Source: Ruminococcus sp.
Lineage (GTDB): Bacteria; Bacillota; Clostridia; Oscillospirales; Acutalibacteraceae
Direction of reading: 5' to 3'
DNA: 64,000 nucleotides
Assembly: GCA_024403825.1 (NCBI GenBank)
Contig: JAKSRB010000001.1
Span: 10,124 to 74,123 of the forward strand
In this document: positions 31,232 to 39,696 of the stretch, piece by piece
Layout of the letters: every line of letters starts with the position of its first letter
How positions within the stretch are numbered: position 1 is the stretch's first letter
Program-made: the position numbers and the translations under genes
Notes under the pieces: model-generated
Seen by the model: only the letters and a program-made list of their open reading frames with translations
Database searches by the model: none
What the model was told of the DNA's origin: nothing

Positions 31232-34200
31232 ATGAGAACTACAAACAAAATAGTTTCCGCTATTCTTGCTGTATGTATGCTCGGCTCAACAAGTGCAATG
31301 ACAAGCTTTGCTGCAAATAATAGTTCTGAACCTGTATCAGGTGATAGAGCACTTGATACAAATTATTCAGCAGCTTGTCAGCAGCTTGATGATACCTATG
31401 GATATAACGGAAATGATCTTGGTGCTACATACACCAAGGAAAAAACAACATTTAAGGTATGGTCACCAAATGCTACTAAGGTAGTGCTTAACCTGTATGC
31501 AACTGGTTCTGATGAAGAGGATGGAGCAGAGAAGCTTGGAAATTATGATATGACCAAGAATGATGCAACAGGTGTATGGAGTGTAGAAGTTAAGCAGGAT
31601 TTAAAGAATGTTTATTACACATATTCTGTAACAGCTGTTCCTACAACAGGCGGAGCTGCTGTAACAAAGGAAACTCAGGATGTTTATTCTGTTGCAACTG
31701 GTGTAAATGGTAATCGTTCAATGGTCTGCGACCTTGATTCAACAGACCCTCAGGGCTGGGAAAATGATAAGCACATTTTGCTTAACCATAGCACAGAGTC
31801 AAGCGTATGGGAAATCCATGTAAAGGACTTTTCATATGATGAGGCTTCTGGTGTAAGCGAAGCTAACAGAGGTAAATATCTTGCATTCACAGAAACAGGC
31901 ACAACTCTCAACGGTGAAGAGGGCGGAGTTTCAACAGGTATTGATTATCTCAAAAATCTTGGAATTACAACAGTTCAGATAAATCCTTTCTATGATTTCC
32001 AGTCAGTAGATGAAGCTGGCGATGATGCTCAGTTCAACTGGGGTTATGACCCACAGAACTATAATGTTCCTGAAGGCTCATTCTCTACAAACCCTTATGA
32101 CGGTAATGTCAGAATTAAGGAATGTAAAGAAATGATTCAGGCACTTCACAATGCTGGAATTTCAGTTGTAATGGATGTTGTTTACAACCATACATATTCA
32201 ACAGATTCATGCTTCCAGAATACTGTACCAAACTATTACTACAGAATGGATGCTAATAGTAATTTTACAAATGGTTCAGGTTGTGGTAATGAAACTGCTA
32301 CAGAAAGACTTATGTTTAGAAATTATATTATCCAGTCATGCTTGTATTGGGTAAATGAATATCATGTTGACGGCTTCCGTTTTGACCTTATGGGTATTAT
32401 GGATGTTGAAACAATGAACCTCGTAAGAGATGCACTTGATACAGTTGATACAAGAATCACAACCTGGGGCGAAGGCTGGTCAGGCGGTGATTCAGTTCAT
32501 CCAAAGAATACTTGTGCAGGTACAACATTCTATCCTGCATTACAGGCAAATGCTTCAAAATTAAGCGACAGAATTGCATTCTTTAATGACGGTATCAGAG
32601 ATGGTATCAAGGGTAGTGCAATGGGCATTACAAATAAGGGCTTTGTTCAGGGATTTGCTACACTTGCAGGTGCTGTAGTATGCGGTATCAGAGCAAATAC
32701 AGTAAGCAGATATAACTGGAAATCATCTGCACCTACACAGACAGTAACTTATGATGCATGTCACGATAATGCTACACTTTATGACCAGATAATTGGTTCA
32801 ACAAGATTAGCAGCTTACGGTGAGCGTAATGCTGAGGCTGTAAAGATGAATAAGCTTGCCGCTGCAATCCTTTATACATCACAGGGTATTAACTTCACAC
32901 TTGCAGGTGAAGAAATGTGCCGTAGTAAAGATGGTGACACAAACAGCTATAAGTCAGCAGCTACTCTCAATATGATTAAGTGGCAGAATATTGTTGATTA
33001 TGCTGATGTAGTTTCTTATTACAAGGGACTTAGCGAAATCAGAAAGAATTTCTCAACATTTACTGTTGCTGATACATCATGTAAGAATAATTATGTTATG
33101 AATAATGCAGGTAATGCAGTTGGCACTAACATTGCTTACACAGTAACTAATGATGTTGAGGGCGAATGGAACAAGCTTGCTGTACTTTTCAACGCTGACG
33201 AAAATGAAGCTACAATTAAGTTAAAGGATACAGCAGTAACAGAAGACACAGAATGGGTAATTGTTGCTAATGCTGAAACTGCTGGTGTTGAAAGCCTTGG
33301 CGAAGTTAAGGGCAACGAGATTACTGTTCCTGCAAAAACTGCTTATATTCTTGTTGAGAAAAACAGCTTTAATAATACAGCTATCGACTCTAACACAGGT
33401 AAAGTAAAAGTTAATTATGTTTATGCAAACAACAAAACTGAGCTTACAGATTCTGTAATCCTCAAGGGCAATGTTGGTTCTGTATATCAGACAACAAAGA
33501 GTGCTGCTATTCCTGATACCTATGTACTTTCAAGCGTTGCAGGCAATGCAAAGGGTACATATTCAAAAGATACTCAGGAAGTAACATACTTCTACAAGGA
33601 TTATATTCCTGAATCAGTTAAGAATGCAGACTTTAACAATGACGGTATTGTTAATATATCTGATATTACTGCAATGCAGCAGCAGATTATTGGTTTAATT
33701 CAGTTTACAGATGAACAGCTTGCAAGATTTGACCTTAACTATGACGGCTGTAATGATGTAAATGATATTACAATGCTTCAGAAATATCTTGTTGAAATTC
33801 CTGTATCAACAGGTACAGTAGTAACAAATTACTACTATACAGATGACCAGGGTAACCTTAAAAATCTTAAAGAGTCTGTAAAGGTTACAGGCAGAGTTGG
33901 TTCTGATTTTAAAACAGAAGGTTTCCAGGTTGTAGGCTACAGCCTTGACCAGTCAAAGCTTCCTGAGAAAACTGAGGGTAAGATTCCTTATGGTGGAGTA
34001 TTAGAAGTTAATTACTACTATGTAAAGATTTCTCCGGAAATTAACCTCCACTTTATGCATAATTCATCTGCAACATGGAACCCAAGTATCTGGGTATGGG
34101 GTTCTGATACAAGCGGAAATGATACCTATAACTTCACACATTCAGGTACATGGCCTGGCGATGTAATTACTGATGAAGATGGCGATGGTTGGTATGACTA

Positions 34201-34417
34201 TACCTTTACCTATAAGGGTTCAGGTACATACAATGTAATCATTTCTCAGGACAGTGCATATCAGACTTGTGACTATAAGGGTGCTGCTTATAATGAAATG
34301 TGGGTAGTAATTGATGATTCAAACCTTTCATCAAAGACATATCTTACATTCTACCTTGATAACCCTGTTACAAATCCAAATGCACCTATTGCTGACAGAG
34401 TATATCCTGTAGTCTGA
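31232..34417 (+). CDS. pulA: Secreted type I pullulanase with MucBP-like domains, dockerin and C-terminal CBM26 (amylosome-type)
   Basis: Signal peptide, FNWGYDPQNY, FRFDLMG / WGEGW / CHDN, duplicated dockerin loops DFNNDGIVNISD and DLNYDGCNDVND, and CBM26-like W..P..W.W...WPG...GWY. Confidence 0.93.
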   Translation: MRTTNKIVSAILAVCMLGSTSAMTSFAANNSSEPVSGDRALDTNYSAACQQLDDTYGYNGNDLGATYTKEKTTFKVWSPNATKVVLNLYATGSDEEDGAEKLGNYDMTKNDATGVWSVEVKQDLKNVYYTYSVTAVPTTGGAAVTKETQDVYSVATGVNGNRSMVCDLDSTDPQGWENDKHILLNHSTESSVWEIHVKDFSYDEASGVSEANRGKYLAFTETGTTLNGEEGGVSTGIDYLKNLGITTVQINPFYDFQSVDEAGDDAQFNWGYDPQNYNVPEGSFSTNPYDGNVRIKECKEMIQALHNAGISVVMDVVYNHTYSTDSCFQNTVPNYYYRMDANSNFTNGSGCGNETATERLMFRNYIIQSCLYWVNEYHVDGFRFDLMGIMDVETMNLVRDALDTVDTRITTWGEGWSGGDSVHPKNTCAGTTFYPALQANASKLSDRIAFFNDGIRDGIKGSAMGITNKGFVQGFATLAGAVVCGIRANTVSRYNWKSSAPTQTVTYDACHDNATLYDQIIGSTRLAAYGERNAEAVKMNKLAAAILYTSQGINFTLAGEEMCRSKDGDTNSYKSAATLNMIKWQNIVDYADVVSYYKGLSEIRKNFSTFTVADTSCKNNYVMNNAGNAVGTNIAYTVTNDVEGEWNKLAVLFNADENEATIKLKDTAVTEDTEWVIVANAETAGVESLGEVKGNEITVPAKTAYILVEKNSFNNTAIDSNTGKVKVNYVYANNKTELTDSVILKGNVGSVYQTTKSAAIPDTYVLSSVAGNAKGTYSKDTQEVTYFYKDYIPESVKNADFNNDGIVNISDITAMQQQIIGLIQFTDEQLARFDLNYDGCNDVNDITMLQKYLVEIPVSTGTVVTNYYYTDDQGNLKNLKESVKVTGRVGSDFKTEGFQVVGYSLDQSKLPEKTEGKIPYGGVLEVNYYYVKISPEINLHFMHNSSATWNPSIWVWGSDTSGNDTYNFTHSGTWPGDVITDEDGDGWYDYTFTYKGSGTYNVIISQDSAYQTCDYKGAAYNEMWVVIDDSNLSSKTYLTFYLDNPVTNPNAPIADRVYPVV

Positions 34418-34490
34418 TTAAAATTAAAAATGTAATTTGATAAAACTGCTCATTTTATTGAATGGTAGTTGAATTTAATTAAAATTTTTG

Positions 34491-34520
34491 ACTGCTCCAC
34501 TTATTGTGGGGCAGTTTTTT
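34491..34520 (+). terminator. Terminator of the pullulanase genes
   Basis: ACTGCTCCAC-ttatt-GTGGGGCAGT followed by TTTTT. Confidence 0.85.
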
Positions 34521-34588
34521 ATCATAGAAATCAATTTTACAAATAACAAGAAAAATGATATAAGAATGATGCAAAGCTAAAAAAAGAG

Positions 34589-34627
34589 TTAAGGCAACAC
34601 CGTTGCATATATATGGTGTTGCCTTAA
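34589..34627. terminator. Second long hairpin in the convergent gap (terminator for the minus-strand operon and/or a small RNA)
   Basis: TTAAGGCAACACCGT-9nt-ATGGTGTTGCCTTAA, 15 bp. Confidence 0.7.
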
Positions 34628-34645
34628 TTGGTTAGTGTATTTATA

Positions 34646-36232
34646 TTAATTGGATAATATAATTTTTTCTGCACATTTAATTCCGTCAACCGCTGCCGAG
34701 ATTATTCCTCCTGCATATCCTGCACCTTCGCCACATGGATACAAACCCTGTACCAATACACTTTGCAAGGTTTCAGTATTACGCAAAATTCGGATTGGCG
34801 ATGAGCTTCTACTTTCAACAGCAGTAAGTACCGCATCTCCGCTGTCAAAGCCTTTCAGCTTTTTACCCATTGCTGTAATACCGCTCTTCATTGATTCAAC
34901 AATGAAATCAGGAAATATTGTGCTGATATTTGTCAATGTGAAATCAGGTGAAATACTTGGATAAACTTCTCCAAGTGAGGTGCTTTTGTTTCCTGCAAGA
35001 AAATCACATACACGCTGAACAGGTGCGTTATAATTTTCGCCACCAAGTCTGAATGCTTTTTCTTCAATTTCTCTTTGAAAATACATACCTTTTAATGGAC
35101 TTTCACTTTTAAAATCATCTGGATTTACACCAATAAGCAAAGCTGAATTTGAATTAACCTCATTTCTTGCAAATTCGCTCATTCCGTTTGTCACAAGTCT
35201 GTTTTCCTCACTTGATGCATTTACTACCTTACCGCCTGGACACATACAAAATGTATATATGCCTCGTCCGTTCTCTAAATGTACATTCATTTTATAGCTT
35301 GATGCACCAAGATTTTTGTCACCTGCAAATTTTCCGTACTGGGCTTTATCAATGTTTTCTCTTAAATGCTCAATTCTTGCCCCAACAGAAAATGGCTTAG
35401 GCTCAATAGGTAATTGCATTTCTTCGAGCATTTCAAATGTATCTCTGGCACTATGTCCGATTGCAAGTACTATATTATTGGTTTCTATAATTTCCGTTTT
35501 ACCGTTTTGGTCAACGACTGCGGATATTACTTTATTATTTTCAGTATTGATTTTAATAAGCTGTGTTTCAAATAATACTGTACCACCAAGCGATATGATT
35601 TCTTCTCGGATTCCTTTTACAGTGATTTTTAATTTATCTGTTCCTATGTGTGGCTTTGCATTATATAGAATTTCCTGTGGTGCACCATGCTTTACAAATT
35701 CTGTTAAAACCTTTCTTTGTCGTGTATCCTTTGTGCCAGTATTTAGCTTACCATCTGAAAATGTTCCTGCACCGCCCTCACCAAACTGTACATTTGACTT
35801 TGTATCAAGCTTTCCGTCTGCCCAAAACTTATTTACATCAGCGGTTCTTCTGTCAACATCTCTGCCACGCTCAATAAGAATTGGTTTTGCTCCGCTTTGT
35901 GCGAGAATTAATGCCGCAAATAGTCCTGCTGGACCTGCTCCAACAACAAGAGGTGATACATCACCTTTCCATTCTGGAACATCATAAGAATACGGCTGTA
36001 CAACAGATGCATCCTTACACTTTTTGCAGATTTTTTCTTCATTTGCATTTAGTGTTACATCAACCGCTGTCAGAAAATATATATTATCCTTTTTTCGTGC
36101 ATCAACCGACCTTCTGAAAATTGTACAACTGTTTATTGCATTTTCTTCTACTCTGAGAAGCTTTGCAACCTTTTTTCTTACAGTATTGTCTGTATAATCC
36201 AGAGGTAAATGTATATTGTTTATTCTTATCAT
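34646..36232 (-). CDS. Uncharacterised FAD-dependent oxidoreductase (dehydrogenase-like, ~530 aa family)
   Basis: VGAGPAGLFAA, IERG, NVQFGEGGAGTFSDGKL, YTFCMCPGG and GEGAGYAGGI motifs. Confidence 0.9.
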   Translation of the reverse strand: MIRINNIHLPLDYTDNTVRKKVAKLLRVEENAINSCTIFRRSVDARKKDNIYFLTAVDVTLNANEEKICKKCKDASVVQPYSYDVPEWKGDVSPLVVGAGPAGLFAALILAQSGAKPILIERGRDVDRRTADVNKFWADGKLDTKSNVQFGEGGAGTFSDGKLNTGTKDTRQRKVLTEFVKHGAPQEILYNAKPHIGTDKLKITVKGIREEIISLGGTVLFETQLIKINTENNKVISAVVDQNGKTEIIETNNIVLAIGHSARDTFEMLEEMQLPIEPKPFSVGARIEHLRENIDKAQYGKFAGDKNLGASSYKMNVHLENGRGIYTFCMCPGGKVVNASSEENRLVTNGMSEFARNEVNSNSALLIGVNPDDFKSESPLKGMYFQREIEEKAFRLGGENYNAPVQRVCDFLAGNKSTSLGEVYPSISPDFTLTNISTIFPDFIVESMKSGITAMGKKLKGFDSGDAVLTAVESRSSSPIRILRNTETLQSVLVQGLYPCGEGAGYAGGIISAAVDGIKCAEKIILSN

Positions 36233-37449
36233 AAATTTTCTCCTATAAGATGTCCGCTTGCAAATGCAAAGTGCAGATTATAGCCTCCACATTCTCCGCA
36301 TATATCAACTGCCTCACCTGCAATATACAGATTTTTAACTTTTTTACTCTCCATAGTTTTGCAGTCAATTTCTGAGCCTTTTACTCCGCCTGAAGCACAT
36401 TGTGCCTGCTCAAAACCTGCATTTTCAATTATAGTGAAGCTGAAATTTTTAATTGATTTAGCTATTGTTTTTAACTCGTTCTCGGATAACTCAGAGCATT
36501 TACCTGAAAAATCCTTTATGTTTGAATATTTCAGAATAGCCTGAGCAATTCTTTTTTGTAATATACCTGTTAATATATTCTCTTTTGATAAATTTGAAAA
36601 TAACTTTTTCTGATTTTTTAATATGAAAAATAAATCATTAAATGAACTGTCAGGTAAAAGGTCAAGTGAAATTACATTGTTTTTCAAAGAATATAAAGAA
36701 AGATTAAATATACATATACCTGATATATTATTTTCATTGAACTGCACTTCGCCACTTTCAGTTTTTATAGAATTTCCTTTGCTGTCAATTAAGGTTGCTG
36801 TACACAAAGAACGCAGTCCCTTAATTGATTTAAGAATATCCGACTTAACCTTAATCGGACAAAGTGTGGGGGAGAATGGAACGAAAGTATGACCAAAATT
36901 TTTAAGATAATCAACAGCACTTGCATTTCCACCAAGTTTAGGAGATGCTTTTGAACCGCAGGCAATAACAATTTTTTTTGAATTAAAGGTATTTTGCTGG
37001 GTGGTAATATTAAAATTATTATTTAGTTTTTTTATGCTTTTAATTGTTTCACCGCAAAAAATATCAATTTCATATCTTTCACAAGCAAACCTCAGCACAT
37101 CAAGAACAGAGCTTGCCTGTCTTGAAACAGGATAATATCTGCCATCACTGTCTGCAAATGAAAGCAAGCCTATTTCTTTGAAAATCTGAAGAATTTTATC
37201 GCAGGAGTATTTTTCAAATATGTATTTACTACTATTAACAAAGCTTCCTTTGTATTTTTTCAGACCAACATTTCTGTTTGTAAGGTTACATCTGCCATTG
37301 CCTGTTGCAAGTAGTTTTTTGCCAACACGCTCATTTTTTTCTATTATTGCAATTTTTAAATATTTATTATTTTGTTTGGCAGAAATTGCACACATTAATC
37401 CTGAGGCTCCACCGCCAACTATCACTACATCATAAATATAATTTTTCAT
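36229..37449 (-). CDS. HI0933/YhiN family NAD(P)/FAD-dependent flavoprotein
   Basis: IVGGGASG, GKKLLATGNGRCNLTN and GECGGYNLHFAFASG motifs. ATG 37449 after GGGG RBS. Confidence 0.92.
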   Translation of the reverse strand: MKNYIYDVVIVGGGASGLMCAISAKQNNKYLKIAIIEKNERVGKKLLATGNGRCNLTNRNVGLKKYKGSFVNSSKYIFEKYSCDKILQIFKEIGLLSFADSDGRYYPVSRQASSVLDVLRFACERYEIDIFCGETIKSIKKLNNNFNITTQQNTFNSKKIVIACGSKASPKLGGNASAVDYLKNFGHTFVPFSPTLCPIKVKSDILKSIKGLRSLCTATLIDSKGNSIKTESGEVQFNENNISGICIFNLSLYSLKNNVISLDLLPDSSFNDLFFILKNQKKLFSNLSKENILTGILQKRIAQAILKYSNIKDFSGKCSELSENELKTIAKSIKNFSFTIIENAGFEQAQCASGGVKGSEIDCKTMESKKVKNLYIAGEAVDICGECGGYNLHFAFASGHLIGENL

Positions 37450-37467
37450 AAATCTATTACGCCCCAT

Positions 37468-37495
37468 AAAATAAGGGACGATATAAACCGTCCCT
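37468..37495 (-). terminator. Terminator after COG2426 gene
   Basis: Minus strand AGGGACG-8nt-CGTCCCT followed by TATTTT. Confidence 0.6.
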
Positions 37496-37500
37496 GTTGA

Positions 37501-37971
37501 TTAAAAGATTGAACTGATACCCATTGCTACGAGCATTGAACCTGTACCCATAATTATTCCTGCAAGCAATACACCCAGCATTACAGCTAAAACACTTCTC
37601 TTAAATCCCATATCAAGAATACTTGCGGCAAGTGTACCTGTCCATGCACCTGTTCCTGGAAGAGGAATACCTACAAAAAGTAATAGTGCAAAAAATAATC
37701 CTCTGCCTGCCTTTTCTTCAAGTTTTTTACCGCCCTTTTCACCCTTTTCAAGACAGAACTTGAAAAATCTGCCGATTACCTTTTTATCACTACCCCATAC
37801 AAGAATTTTTCTTGCGAATAAGTAAATAAACGGAACCGGAATCATATTTCCAACAATACAAATTATGTATGAAACAAAAATATTAAGATTATTTGCAACA
37901 GCAACAGGAATTGCACCTCTAAGTTCTACAATCGGAACCATTGAAATAAGAAAAATAATTAGATATTGCAT
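37501..37971 (-). CDS. COG2426 small multidrug export-like membrane protein
   Basis: SMVPIVELRGAIP and FVGIPLPGTGAWTG motifs. Confidence 0.9.
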   Translation of the reverse strand: MQYLIIFLISMVPIVELRGAIPVAVANNLNIFVSYIICIVGNMIPVPFIYLFARKILVWGSDKKVIGRFFKFCLEKGEKGGKKLEEKAGRGLFFALLLFVGIPLPGTGAWTGTLAASILDMGFKRSVLAVMLGVLLAGIIMGTGSMLVAMGISSIF

Positions 37972-38005
37972 TGCTTACTCCTTTGACATTGATTTTAACT
38001 TCAAT

Positions 38006-38034
38006 ATTATAACAGAAAAACTCGGGTATTTCAA
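38006..38034 (-). promoter_or_regulatory. sigmaA-type promoter for COG2426 gene
   Basis: Minus strand TTGAAA-17-TATAAT with extended TG. Confidence 0.65.
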
Positions 38035-38118
38035 TAAAAAGGCAAGATAAAATCTAATCATTTTTCAGTAGCTGTAAGATAATTATTTATACATATTGAT
38101 ATAAAATCTGGCTTGATA

Positions 38119-38146
38119 TTGACATGAAGATATTTTATAGTAAAAT
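38119..38146 (+). promoter_or_regulatory. sigmaA-type promoter for VanZ gene
   Basis: TTGACA-16-TAAAAT. Confidence 0.55.
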
Positions 38147-38161
38147 ATAGTTGGTGATTTT

Positions 38162-38641
38162 ATGAATAACGAAAAAACTTCAATAAAATTTAAAATATTT
38201 GTTTTCAGTCTGACTGTTGCATTTATTCTATTTGCGTTTATACATTCTTCAATGCCGTCTGATATGTCAGATGAAGAAAGTATTAGCTTTATGTTTAGTT
38301 TGCAGGATATACTAAATGCTTTAGGTATCAATGCTGAGCTTTCAAACCATATAGTAAGAAAGGTGGCACATTTTACTGAATATACTGCTATTGGTATTAT
38401 GCTAATGGCTGATGCATATTCATTTAACCGATTAAAGCCTTATAAATATTATTTACAGATTTTATTTTTTGGCTTGTTAGTTCCTGTTTTAGATGAAACA
38501 ATTCAGCTGAATGTTGAGGGAAGGTCAGGGCAGATTACAGATGTTTTGCTTGATTTTTCTGGTGTAATTACAGGAACATTGTTAATGCTTGCTTTTCTTA
38601 CTATTTATGTGAGAATTAAGAAAATTAATAAGCTGCCGTAA
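38162..38641 (+). CDS. VanZ family membrane protein
   Basis: VRKVAHFTEY, DETIQL and GRSGQITDVLLDFSG motifs. Confidence 0.9.
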   Translation: MNNEKTSIKFKIFVFSLTVAFILFAFIHSSMPSDMSDEESISFMFSLQDILNALGINAELSNHIVRKVAHFTEYTAIGIMLMADAYSFNRLKPYKYYLQILFFGLLVPVLDETIQLNVEGRSGQITDVLLDFSGVITGTLLMLAFLTIYVRIKKINKLP

Positions 38642-38667
38642 AAAACAGTTATATAATTATAATTGTC

Positions 38668-38705
38668 CACCTTGACACATATAAATGTGTTGAGGTGATT
38701 TTTTT
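38668..38705 (+). terminator. VanZ terminator overlapping the RBS and a sigmaE-like promoter of the next gene
   Basis: CACCTTGACACAT-ataa-ATGTGTTGAGGTG followed by ATTTTTTT. Confidence 0.7.
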
Positions 38706-39084
38706 GAGTGAAGAAAACAGAAGTACAATTACATATGATGATAATTGGAAAAATGTCTCAGAAACTGAATATGCAAATACATATGATTATAGTGAAGAAA
38801 AATCAGAATTATACGAAAATAATTTTGACAAAAGCAACTGGGAACAGGAACCACAAAAATTCAAAAAGCCAAAAGATGATACTCACCAGTATTTAATTAC
38901 AATTCAGCTGATTATATGTATATTGATTGCAATTATTGCTTTTTTTCTGAAAAACTCTGATAGTGAAGTATATCATACCGCAAAAGAATGGTATTTTTCA
39001 AATCTTAATAACTCTGTTATTTTTGAGAACAACAATTTTGATTTAAAATCAATGCTTGGATTATCCACAAAAGATGAAGGTTAG
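38704..39084 (+). CDS. Hypothetical single-TM protein in the spoIVFA position
   Basis: Acidic N-terminus, one TM segment (LITIQLIICILIAIIAFFL), overlaps an M50 gene. TTG 38704 after GAGGTG. Confidence 0.65.
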   Translation: MSEENRSTITYDDNWKNVSETEYANTYDYSEEKSELYENNFDKSNWEQEPQKFKKPKDDTHQYLITIQLIICILIAIIAFFLKNSDSEVYHTAKEWYFSNLNNSVIFENNNFDLKSMLGLSTKDEG

Positions 39085-39679
39085 AGCTTTTAACATAAAA
39101 TTTGAAATATCATATACATTGATTTGTATTTTTGCAATATGTATTATTCTAAATCAGTTTAAAAACTTTTTGTTTTGTATTCTTGCAGTTATAATTCACG
39201 AAAGCGGACATATTGCATTAATGTGTTTTTTTAACAGCAAACCGCAAAAAATCAAAATTAAGCCTTTTGAAATAATAATTTCTGACGATAAAAGACATCT
39301 CAGAACGACAAAGGAAAATGTATTTATAATTTTTTTCGGACCATTTGCTAATTTTATTTGTGTTATTCTGTTTTATCTGTTATACTTACTATGTAATACA
39401 TATTTTTTAAATTTTGCCCTTATAAATTTATTTGTAGGTGTTTTTAATTCATTGCCTGTTATATCGCTTGACGGAGGACAGCTTTTGTATATTTTTCTTT
39501 GCAGATATATAAGTGGCAATATGGCTCATAAGATAGTTAATATTATATCATTTATGTTTATTTTTCCGTTATCAGCACTTGGATTTATTTTGCTTTTTAA
39601 TTCTGCATATAATTTTTCTTTGCTCGCTGTAAGCTTGTATCTTATGTTGTCATTGGTTTTAAAAAAGGATAGTTTCTGA
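39074..39679 (+). CDS. M50 site-2 protease, SpoIVFB-like
   Basis: HESGH (HExxH), GPFAN and FNSLPVISLDGG (NPDG) motifs, located before TIGR03960. ATG 39074 overlaps the upstream stop. Confidence 0.85.
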   Translation: MKVRAFNIKFEISYTLICIFAICIILNQFKNFLFCILAVIIHESGHIALMCFFNSKPQKIKIKPFEIIISDDKRHLRTTKENVFIIFFGPFANFICVILFYLLYLLCNTYFLNFALINLFVGVFNSLPVISLDGGQLLYIFLCRYISGNMAHKIVNIISFMFIFPLSALGFILLFNSAYNFSLLAVSLYLMLSLVLKKDSF

Positions 39680-39696
39680 TAAGGACGGTTAATTTT

